From Podarcis erhardii (lineage: Eukaryota), in the NCBI GenBank assembly GCA_964252035.1, contig OZ176200.1: a stretch of DNA of 64,000 nt, one strand, 5' to 3'. The notes under the pieces are model-generated. The model saw only the letters and a program-made list of their open reading frames with translations, made no database searches and had not been told where the DNA came from. The position numbers and the translations under genes are program-made. How positions within the stretch are numbered: the first letter of the stretch is position 1; each line of letters opens with the position of its first letter. Shown here in pieces: positions 14,091-25,964 of the stretch.

Positions 14091-14772
14091 AAATCTGCTG
14101 TAAAATAGTTTCATTGAGTAACCTCAAATTTTTGGTATATCTCCTTGTTTCTCTAGTCTGTGGACTTTGCAAGAAGTGAGGCTGTGCAAACTGGTTCCTG
14201 CAGAGCATTGAAGAACTCTGGATGGTTTGTTAAAGTACAGCAGTGGAGGATTAAAAAAAAAGTTTAAAGCATCATTGACTTTTTAAAAATCCTGTGTTGC
14301 TCTGCTTTAACACAAACATAAAAACAGAGCTTCATGCTTAAGGTCTGTTGGAGGCCTGAGGACACAAGCAAGTCCTGGATTTATTTATTTTTAAATGTAC
14401 AAGGAAGAATATACAATACTTGGCCACCTATTAATTATTTTAAGGTAAAAAAGAGCAAAAAACAAACCTCTCTCCCTCTGTTGAAAACATGATGTTAATA
14501 TGAATAGTGGAGTCCAAATGGCCTAATAAAGATATTGCCCTAATACAGTTTTTATAGAGGAAAGCTCCTGACAAAAGCACCTTGACCAATATGTCTGAAT
14601 TTTGGCAGACTTAAATTTGTGCCTGTAAATTTCATCCACTTTGGACAAAAGGGGGGAAAGGAAAACACAATTTTTAAATTCCTGATTATGAGGAATGGGG
14701 ACCACAAAGCTTTGTTTTACGCAGAATGGCTCAGAACTCAAAGCAGAGATCAAAACTTGATAGAGCACAGAG

Positions 14773-14959
14773 CAGGGGTGCCAACTTGAATAAACTATTG
14801 GGGGACCCAGGTAACCCCTGTCCCACATAATTGATCGTAAGACATGGAGCATGCACACCATTTGAATAGCAATTCCATTCAACTTGGGGGGGTTGGCCCC
14901 CTCAAATATTTTATTGGGGGGAGCTGAAGGGACCTTGTTGCTAGGAGTTGGCTCATATG
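14773..14959. mobile_element. hAT-type MITE
   Basis: Imperfect TIRs CAGGGGTGCCAACT / AGTTGGCTCATATG; perfect 8-bp TSD GCACAGAG. Confidence 0.88.
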
Positions 14960-15809
14960 GCACAGAGTGAATGAAAATAAGATCAGCTTTTTTAAAAAAT
15001 GCACAGATACTAGGCCAGTATTGGGTCTTATGCACACATCCCTAACCACACACACACGCCACAAACAAGCAGTGTAGCAGACTTCTTTGTTTCCATGATG
15101 GGAAGGACCCTGTGGGCACATGCAATGTCTCTGTGGATGCATGTTCACCCACTGGTGCCACATTGGTCACTCTTGAACTATGGACAAGTATTGTGGCACA
15201 TGGCTGTGTAATTGATTGAAGTCTGCCTCCCAGAAGAAAAAACAGCTGCTGTTGAAGTGAGCAGGCTGTGAAGTGGAAGGCAATGCACAGGGGTGTAAAA
15301 GCTGCAATTGTGCAGACTCATTAACATACGTAATATAACCCTAAGACTGCAATTTGAAGAGAAGAGTGTCTGAATGGCTAATGCACAGTAATTGATTGCA
15401 ACAGAGCACCTGCGGATACATGTAGGGAAAAATAACAAAGAGATAGTGTCAATGCAACCTCAGGTCACTTCTACAGGAGGACCTTTGCCTTAGAAGATAC
15501 CTCTTCTGACCAGAATGATCAGATTTTTCCCCTGACCATGCAATCCACCTACTTAGAAGTTAGGCCCATTAAATAAATTGGGAATTGCTCCCAGGTAAGT
15601 GTGTATAGGAATGCAGCCCAAATATACTGTTGCTAGTTTCTGTTTCTACTCCAGTCATTCATGACAATGAACCAGAATAGAAGCCTGGAAGATCCAGAGA
15701 ATGAGCGAGTAAGGAAATAAATAAATACTGTTTCTGATTTATGAGGGAGCAGAAAATAATTCCATGAGCCCTCTATGATGGCTAGAAGAACTTCTGTAAT
15801 ATAACATAG

Positions 15810-16257
15810 TGTTGTGAGTGGTTGAGGGCTTAGGCTGTATGCCTGAGTGCCTTCTAATTCCTGGATGCAGCTGGAATAGTCAGGCCAGCTTCTTGGTAAT
15901 GCCTCACCAAGCATGTGGGTATGCCTCCCCTCCCTCAACTGGCTGGTAGTTAGAAGGACAAAAGCCAGAGTTTGTGAAAGAGAGCTGGGCTAGAAGCAGG
16001 AGGCAGGCAGAAGCCTGAGAGGGAGAGACATACTTGATATCTGCTTGAATCCAAGGCTGTGACTATGGAAGACACAAGACCTTCTCGGGGCATTAATGCT
16101 GTGAGCCCCTCCATTGTAGGCTCAGGTTGAATATATGTGTAAATAAACCATATATCATAAAGACGCCCCAGTCTCTGCTGTCCCTCATTACGAGGAAACC
16201 GAACCCTGGGTCAGTGCCTGCAACCCCTGGAATCATAGATTGGGATGGCACACAACA
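15810..16257 (+). mobile_element. Solo-LTR-like element in WT1 intron 3
   Basis: Perfect 7-bp inverted termini TGTTGTG...CACAACA, AATAAA at 16142-16147; flanks do not form a clean TSD. Confidence 0.5.
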
Positions 16258-18638
16258 GTATTCACATCTCATTAAAATTGGCTTACATATCAACATGCAA
16301 TAGAATACATTTTTTGAACCAATGGATCTATTCAAATATCTGCTTTAAATGAGTCTGAAGTACTAGAACTAATTGGAAATAATTGGATTGTTTCAATTAT
16401 TATGAACTGAACCTCCTAAGCCACTGCAAAGAAAGTACTACAAAAGTCAGTCTTCCCTTCCAGAGATGTTTTGAAAATGAAGTAGGGGGAGGGGAAAACA
16501 TTCATACAACAGGGATTAATGTCAGTTGGAGTGAAATAAAAGGAAGTTAACTTTAAGCAAAAAAAGGGGGGGACTTAAAAGGAAACCAGTAGTAGATCAT
16601 ATAGAGTTTGTTTTGGCCTGTACTGCTGCCTACGAGTTCTTGACCTTGGTGCAGAAAGAGCTATAATCTGCACTGCAACTCCTCCACTCTTAAAGTCTTT
16701 GTAAGTGTGACTCATAGTAAATTTTCAGCATTAAACATGTTTACTGCATCAAACTGCATCAAACTGATACAGAAAAGTTCACAATGTCATTTTAATAGAT
16801 CCGCAACTGTTGGATATCTAATGCATGTTTGGAGTCGGTGTTTCTTTGCCTTCTGCGCCTGACCATCAAACACCAACACAACGTTCTTGAAAAACAGATA
16901 TTATGTTGCAGCTAGGGTTGCCAAGTCAACAATGAGGAGATTCCTGTCTGTTAAGGGTTATATAGAACGAACGAATATTTTTTTCCAGATACAGCTTTCC
17001 TACTTAACAGTTCTGCTATGACAGGAGAAGCTGTATTTGGACAAATTCCGCTTTTCAAATATTTCACTCATGCAGCATAATCCCATGCAAGTTTTTCAGA
17101 CTCTCTCAGTTCAGTTCATAAACTGCGTATACAAGTAGCCTTTCAAACATATAGGGCTTGTTTTTTCACAGTGTGCTTTTGTATGTAACGTTTTGCAATT
17201 GTACACAATAACTTCCTCTAAGGCAGCAGCTAATATCTGTGTTGTCTATGCACACCGGTGGGCATGTTTTCCAACTAGTGCACACTGGTTTACTCTAGAC
17301 CCCTCTCCTCAATTAGTATGTCCGCTGAGTTCAGGTACTTTTCGCCCTTTCAAAAGAGAGAGGTGGAAACTGGTGTGCTGATACACTGGTATTCAGAAGT
17401 ATACAGAGGTGAGTAAGTCACTGTACTGTTTCCTGTTTTACTTATTTCATTCATTGACAAGTTAAACATGGTGAGGGAGAGTGGCACAGCCCTGCAATGT
17501 CAGTAGGTCTGCCCCAGTAGGAGGTGACCTGACAAAGCAGTCTCTCTGTACACATGTCTGCAGCAAGCGCTTGAGAAGTGCATGCTAGGCACAAAGCAGA
17601 TTACAACGGTTTCAGCAAAATGTGCTTTGGATTGGCAAATAGTGCAGGATGGGGAAGGCATTGGGATGATGTCATGCATACAGCACTCCAAAAAGGCACC
17701 TGCATCCAGCACTGGCTGCACGTTATCACACAGTGTGTACACACACTCATAGATAAAGGAGCTATCTTGGCAACTGTTCTTGCTACAAGGAAGAAACGTT
17801 TACTAAAACAAAAGCAGGACCAAAAAAAAAGAAAAAGTCCACCATAATATTTGTACTGTGAAAAGTTATAGGATTCCGGTAGGAAGCTAGGGACATGCAC
17901 AGAGTGAAAATGAAGCTTCCTTGAAAAGGGAGGAGGTAGAGAGAGAGGAGAAAATGGCGTGGTGCATCTGCAGCAGCACAAATCAACATCTTCCAGCAGT
18001 TTTAGTCAGTAGGTGCTATGGCTTTTTAATAGTTTTTGAAAAGTACAAAAGTACTTTCACCCTATGCTTTGGGGTACTTTGACAGAACTGTTTGTAGAAG
18101 TTGTTTCTTTGGCCATGGATGGATCAAGCTGTTAAATGGAGGGACACTGAGTGATACAGATTTGAACAGCTCTGCTCATGTTATAAACTGCAAAATGTAT
18201 CTGCTTAGTACATAATCTGGTTGCTTTGTCAGAATTATGAGAACATCAGCGTTAAATAATGTTTAGTCCACAGTTGCAAATAAAGTTATGAAAACACACT
18301 GTAAATGATATTTTAAACCTCAAAAACAAAAAAAAAATGGTATAAATTGGGGCTCTAAAGATTAGATTTTTAAACAGGTCCTTGTCCACAGTACTAGGAC
18401 TCCACGTGTGCAAATGCACATGCCAAGCTATGGTATCCCCATTTCCTGCTTCTTAGCAACATATGCAGAGAGCTGTCATGCCCATTGGTATAGTGGAGCA
18501 GGAACACAGGGGAGCAAAGCTCTGATACTTCTCTGCATAGAAAGAGCAGTGGTGTAATATGCCAGGACTTCATTTGCCAGAGTTGTAAGGGGTTTTTTTT
18601 GGGGGGGGGGTGGAGGACAGAGTGGAAAGGCTCACCCA

Positions 18639-18734
18639 GTGACTAGCTCAAGTTCACTCAGTGAGTTTGATGTCTGAATGGAGATGTGAACCTAGGTCTC
18701 TCCAGCCCAAATCCAACATGCAAACCAGTACACA
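18639..18734 (-). mobile_element. MIR-like SINE 5' fragment
   Basis: Homologous to the head and core of the 56121 element. Confidence 0.55.
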
Positions 18735-21700
18735 CACACACCCGTTGCCAGATCACTATTCTATGACTGCCATAGCTGATCTTAATAAAATGGGTTTTAG
18801 GCTATGTACTGTTGCTCTTTGGTGGGGTGGAGGTGTATCAACAAGCTGCTGCATTTTTGCATTTTCCTCAGGGAGTGTGGCTGTGGGAACTGTCATGAGA
18901 AGCTCCTGCACTTCAAAATGTACTGCAACTTGTTATGCCATGGCCTTCAAAATGGAAATAATGGAAGCATCAGAGTAAGGACATGATGTAAGTGAGTGGA
19001 AGCACACCACTTTCTTGCTTAGGAACCAAATCTTCTGGAGCCTGTTCCCCACTCCTTTGCTACTGGCCATTCTGCACTGTCTTGGCATCAAGGAGTTCTC
19101 CATAGGAGGGTGGTTCTGGTCCAAAGAGGGCTCCTGTGCAGCTCAGAAGGCTTACTACCCAGTTTGATCAACAGGCCTACTACTGTATCTCTAAAATAAT
19201 GAAAGTTATCTTATTGAAATTCTAGCTGTTATTAAGTCAGGAGAACGAAGTATTATTATTTTTTCATAAACAAGTTACTGTGGTCACTGACAGGAATTGT
19301 GCTCAGTGAGTGAATGTCTTTCCAGCCAGTCATTAAATATTATTAATTGTGCTTCCAAAGATAGTATCCTTGAGAAATGTAGTCATTTCAGTTTCTCAGA
19401 GTTTGCTCCTCAGTTTTCGTACTGAGTATCTTCATATCTACCACAATGGGAAGGCAAAACTAAACAAATTCTCAAATGAATGAAGAAGTAGGTTAAGGAG
19501 GTAGAGGCATTTTGATAACATGCATATTTGGTTTGAAATAGTAAGTCCCATTGAAGTTGTTCTATGGAGCAACATCTTGACTTGTAGTACTTGGGTGTAA
19601 GCAAGGGGAGAGAGGTGGTGGCCCCTCAACCAATCCAACCAGAAGGCCAGCTTATGAATAAAGTAGTTTGCAGAAGGCTGATGCCACAGCGAGGCCTTTG
19701 GAGTCAGCAAATCATGGTTCTGCAAGAAACTCTTGGGCAACCTAAACCAGAAAACCTCGCGGATTATGTGCGAGGCGAATCAGGTGAGAGATGCATTACT
19801 TGGGCAGAAAAGAGCTACCCTTAATCCGACAATAATGAATGGGACATAGAATCTAGGGAGCCTATTAGAGCCGAAGTCTTGGCTACACAATGCATCTCTT
19901 TCCGCTTCGTTTGCTGCCGCATTGCTTCTGGCACCGACCGGTGAGCGACAAACAGAGCCTAGAGGATACTTTGTTCGGTTCCGCTAACGGCTGACACCCC
20001 AGCCCTGCTCCACTCGGATCTCACTCATTAAGCTTAATGAAGCAAGCGCAACGCTCGGCTCCGCGACTCCTGCAGAGCAACACCTCCCAAGGAGGAGAGG
20101 CGCTCAGGTCCGCGCGCCCCTCCCCGCCCCACCTTGGCCCTCCTGACAGGACCCTTGTGGGGTTTCGCGGGGCGGAGACCTTTGATCTGCCCTGATTTGA
20201 AATAATGTGAGAGGCACAGGAGTCTCCGCAGCCCCGATTTACTGGAACCATGTTCAGGAGGTTACCCGAAGCAGGCAGACTTGGGACCAGGCTCCTTTAG
20301 AAACAGTGGAACTGACTGCTAAACACACCCAGCAAAGAAAGAAATCGTGGTGTCTCACAGAGGAGCGCACTGCGCAGAGGAGATTTGCTCCCCACGGTTA
20401 TTCCTGTGCAACATCTCTCTCCCTCCCTCTCTCTCTCTCTCTCTCCATCCATCCATGCACCCTATTTTTCCCGCCTCTCCTCCTTCAATGACTTCAAGTC
20501 AGGCTCACTAGCAAAGGGGCTTCTAGAACCGAGCGGCACAATATCAATCAGTAGAGTTAGAACGAAAGTCCGCGTCGCTCTCCTTTGCAGGAGTACATTG
20601 TTTTTGCGCCGAACGTTTCTTAGCAGCTCCCTAGACATGGGACTGGTTCCAAGTTCACCAAAAGTTGAAGCATAGGTGGGAGAGAGCGGAGTGGAGGGTT
20701 TTGTTCAGGCTCCTAAACAAGCTCAAAACAAACTTAAAAGGTGCTTCTCCCCTCGGCCCCGGACCCGCTCCACCATCGCTTCAAAGCAAAGGGCAACAGC
20801 TACCGGTCCCAAGGCAAAGGGTAGCAGATGGGGGTTGTTTTGATTTTTAAGCGCCTGCTGGACGGGCGGGGCCACAAAGCTAAGCCCGGATAGAATGGAA
20901 AGGGACGGTTTTGTTTAAAATCAGCACAGTGTGGATGGCCTTGAGCGAGTTACGTTTTCAACCTCGGTTCCCCCATCGGCAGGGAAAGAAAAAGCTTTTT
21001 AACTACCAACATCTCCTGTAGTGATGTTATTTCAGGTACTGCATCCCGCATCCGACTTTGAAAAAATGAGAATATTATTTTGCTGTGAAACCCCGCAGTT
21101 TGGTCTTTTTTCTCACAGTTGGTATCCATCTCTGGTAAGAGGCCGTTTGCGCTGATTAAACTTTACATCCCCAGAATTTCGGGATGCTGCCTATCTCAGG
21201 GACGCCTTGACATTTTGAAGTGGCTCCTATTTGGTCCTGCCATTCTGCGGTGGTGGAAAGAAACACACCCGGGTAACTCCCTTCCTCCTTTCTGTCAGAC
21301 AGATGGACTTTTGCTACAGACCAGAATGGAGAAAAATTAAGGAGCGCATCCTTTCCTTCGCTTACTAATTAACAAATGAACAAGCTCCTTAATTTTCCAT
21401 ATCACTGACAGACCAGGCACCCAGCACAGTTAAACTGAGTAATACTTCTGTGTCCAGCCAGATTGGTCCCATTAACTTCAGTGGACCCTAAACTGAACTT
21501 GCTTCCAAGGTCCTAGTAAACTGGACTGTGAGAAAAGGGTCAAGTTCCTTTCTAGATCTGAATGCAGCTTTATCAGAGGACAAGACACAAAGCCTTGGAT
21601 GAAACACAGAATAAACCCAGTTGTTCCAGGCTTAGCACCAAATACAACTAATTAACGCTCTATACAAAATACACCCATTTTGTGTCAGAAACCATTTTTT

Positions 21701-22561
21701 TAAACTGAAGAGGTTGGCTGGTTAATTGGGACATGAAACCTTGGGCTACCATAAATTTATTCATCTTTAAGGGGCAACAAGATTCTTTTTTTGCTTTTGC
21801 TGCATTATATCATCAAGACTAAATCCACTTCAAATGGTAGCCACTGTTAACAAATATGGGCCTAGAGTCACAAAATCCTTTCAATGAGAATTGAATGGGC
21901 TCGTTGGAAGGAAAGGTGGGATAGAAATCTATGAATTTAATTTTTTTTTTAAATTGCAACAAGAGTGGAGTGATTTAAAATAACAAAAATAGATACGGTG
22001 TTTGTTTCATTTATCTACCACCCTTCATCACGAGATCTCAGGGCAGTCCGTAGAATAAAATACTTGTTGACGAGACGGCAGGACTAGAATCAAGGGTAGA
22101 AACTGCAAGGGAATAGATTTTGGCCAAACATTAGGAGACACTTGTTCCATAGTGGATGAGACTGCCTCCAGTTGTGATGGGCCCTTCTTCCCTGGAGGTG
22201 CTTAAAGCAAATGCTAGAAGGCAGTCTGTCAGGGATTCTGGTAAGGAAAGGCATTGCAGATCCTGTATTAATCCAGGGGCTTGGGCTAGGTGCTATCCAA
22301 TGTACCTTCCAATAACATTGCCACATCACATATATTTTTAATAACAAACAAATGTGAGCATCTAAGAGCAACACGGTTTTCTGTCCTTGCGTTTTAATAT
22401 TTACGGCTATATTTTGTCAACTTTAATTCTCTGAAAGGAGAATTAGAGACATGCTAAAGTGAGATGTTTCTCATGTTATCGGAGGCCTAAATATGACAGT
22501 TTTGTATAAATAAAGTCTGGTGGGGTGAAGAAGAAAGGAGGAGGTATAGGACAGCAATTCA

Positions 22562-22795
<234 letters not shown>

Positions 22796-23365
22796 TTACT
22801 ACCCCACAGCAGGGCTGATTTCCATGCTCAGAAGGGTTAATGTCACATCCTGTAAGCTAAAGGAAGGGCTTTTTCTCATGCTCAGGAGTCGATGGGACAG
22901 GGGGCACCTGAGTCTTCAATAATTTGGAACTGATAATTATTTCCATTTTCAGTAGATATTTCATCATTGAATAGAACAGAGCTAAGGCTTATAGTTATTC
23001 TAAGCTGTGTAGCCGTTGACAAAAATCTTATGGAAAACAAGCAAACTGTTTTTGCAAGTGTTCCGTCTGATCTCCAGTTCTGTGTGAGCTATCGGATGAT
23101 AAAACCTTCAAATCTCCCTTCAACCATAAACCTGCAAAGTGCTTTTTTCTCAGCCTCCCATTTGTTACATGAAAGTAAGACCATAGGAAGCTGCCCTATA
23201 CCAGTTCAGATAATTTATCCATCTAGTTCAGTATTGCCTATAACACTACATTGACTGGCAGTGTTCTCCAGGATTTCAGAGAAGGAGCATTTCCCACCTC
23301 TAGCTATAGAAGCAAGCTAGAGATTAAATTTGGGACTTTTTGTATGCAGCACGATTACTCTGGTG

Positions 23366-23623
23366 CAGGGGTCAGCAAACTTTTTCAGCAGGGGGCCAGT
23401 CCACTGTCCCTCAGACCTTGTGGGGGGGCAGACTATATTTTTTTTTTGGGGGGGGGGAAATGAACGAATTCCTATGCCCCACAAAAAACCCAGAGATGCA
23501 TTTTAAATAAAAGGACATATTCTACTCATGTAAAAACACACTGATTCCTGGACCGTCCATGGGCTGGATTTAGAAGGCGATTGGGCCAGATCCGGCCCCC
23601 GGGCCTTAGTTTACCTACCCATG
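23366..23623. mobile_element. hAT (Charlie-like) MITE in WT1 intron 2
   Basis: Ends CAGGGGTCAGCAAAC / GTTTACCTACCCATG; perfect 8-bp TSD CTCTGGTG. Confidence 0.88.
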
Positions 23624-23952
23624 CTCTGGTGCATGGCCAACTTTATACTGGCTGTCCTGAAGATGACTTTATTAGGAATTGCTCCCAGGTAATTGTGTAC
23701 AGGATTGTAGCATTAAGACTTCCAACATTTGAAACACCTTTTGTAAATGCTAAGAGCATCATCCAAACAAAGGGCACTATCAAGCTTGAAATCCCAATAT
23801 AGTTTCAGTGGGATCTGCTTGACTTTGACTGCTTTATGCCCTGAATATTTAGTCAATAATATCACAATAATTACCAGCCAGTAATATAATCTAGTCACAC
23901 AAACTAGAAGTGTCCACTTAGGCAGGAGAGAGCTTAGATTTTTGTCCATAAG

Positions 23953-23954
<2 letters not shown>

Positions 23955-23985
<31 letters not shown>
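23955..23985. repeat. (TG)n microsatellite in WT1 intron 2
   Basis: Direct reading. Confidence 0.95.
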
Positions 23986-23989
<4 letters not shown>

Positions 23990-24394
23990 GTTGCACTTTC
24001 AATGAAACCTACTACTTATAGTGCACAAGCATGTTTATTCAGAAGTAATCTTTACTGTATTCAATGCAGGTTATTCGACTCTTAAACTGGAATAAATCCC
24101 ACTGAACTCATTGAGACACTTAGGAGCAGTCAGGCCTAGGTTTGCGCTATTGAAGTCATATGAGCTTCAGAAAATCTACACTTGTCTAGGCTATGATTAA
24201 TGTACTTTTATGTGCACAGAACCACATTTGTGTTCCGTTATCAATGATATAATCTCCGAGAAGATATTTTGAACAGCAGCGGAGTTTTTATGGGTACACA
24301 TAAGGGCAAACCGATGCCATCCTGATCATGATTATCAGTACCACTAACTTGTTCGCTACTTATTTGTCTCAAAACTACTTCGGTTTGGTTCCTA

Positions 24395-24697
<303 letters not shown>

Positions 24698-25940
24698 TCA
24701 ATGAACCCAGATAAACCCACGGCGTGACCAAAATAGTTCTCTCTGTGTTTATGACTGTGGTGAGAGTCCATTCTAAATCTGGTCTTTGGGGCTGTTTGCG
24801 TCACTTTCTCCGTCATTGCTTAATTCCTGAATTAGCATCCGAGCTCGGCCTGGTGGAAGGTAACTCTTTCTTTCCATAAACATCAGCACACAGGCTGCTG
24901 GTGGCCAAGATCTGCTGAGGGGAATCATTGGGTGTTAAGAGATCCATTAACATCCGAGGCGCACGTCTAATTACTTTCCCCACGATGTGCCTCAATTCTC
25001 TTTTTGTAAAATGACGGCAGTGCCGCTTCTCTCTGGGAGCAAGGAGGACTGAGTAGGAGGCTCTCAGGCACGTGCTGCAGGAGCTGTGGGCAGGGGGGAG
25101 AATCTTACAGTTCCAAACACTTTTTTTTAAAAACGTTGATCTCAATGTGACTTGCTGCCAAGTCATAACGAGATCATAAGTTTGTTTACTTGGAAATGAC
25201 TTGTGTTTGGGAATCTAGGTACCAAGTAGGCTGTTGGGATGGCGAGGCTCAAAGGTTGTTGTCAAAACTAGTCAAGCCTGGGATCGATACTTCGGTGGGA
25301 TATTAGGAGCCAGGAGTTTTGGCTACGCCTGGAAAGGGCAGGCCGGTCGCTTCTCGCAGTGAGCGATGCTTTCATTAATTCTTCCTCATATTTAAGGGAA
25401 AGTCCCCCGTCTGTTGAGCAAACTAGTCTGCCGATTCACATGTAAAAGGTACCCTTTAATCTCGTTCTCTCTTAACTTCTCACTTATTTTATAAGATTAA
25501 CTTTCTGAAGAGCCTGCAATAAAAATGGCAGGCCGTTAAATGAAAAATAGCCTCCTACTTTAAGCGAAAATTGCTCGCTCAAATAATAATAAACAGCCTA
25601 TTTAAAAAAAAAAAAAACCGGAGTGAATTCAGATGGAAACGGATCGCCTCTAGTGACCTCAGGGTGACACCGAATCGTAAATCAGGCGTTTGGACACCAA
25701 CTTTCATTAATTACTTGGAGTCAGTTAAACAACTTCAGCTAAAAAGTAATTACAAAGTAATATTATCTTTGAGGCTTCTCGGCTCATCAGCATTTACCCC
25801 AAGACCAAAGAATGTTTAGTGTAGCCCTTATGAGATCTACCCTTGGTTTCCCAACCACACGTTATGTTGACTTAAAAATATATTTTAAGCTCTATGCTTG
25901 CAAAGTTCTTAGGTACATTTAAAGACTAGCGTCTTCTCAA

Positions 25941-25964
25941 CCCCCGCCCCGCCCCGCCCCGCCC
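25941..25964. repeat. (CCCCG)n GC-box array in WT1 intron 1
   Basis: CCCCCGCCCCGCCCCGCCCCGCCC read directly. Confidence 0.9.

Noticed and set aside
14523-15035. 170-aa minus-strand ORF
   Set aside because: Spans a non-autonomous hAT MITE and flanks; no protein similarity recognised.
24863-24878. ATG GAA AGA AAG A|GTTACC mini-exon (MERK) as an AWT1 equivalent
   Set aside because: Weak donor (GTTACC) and no other support.
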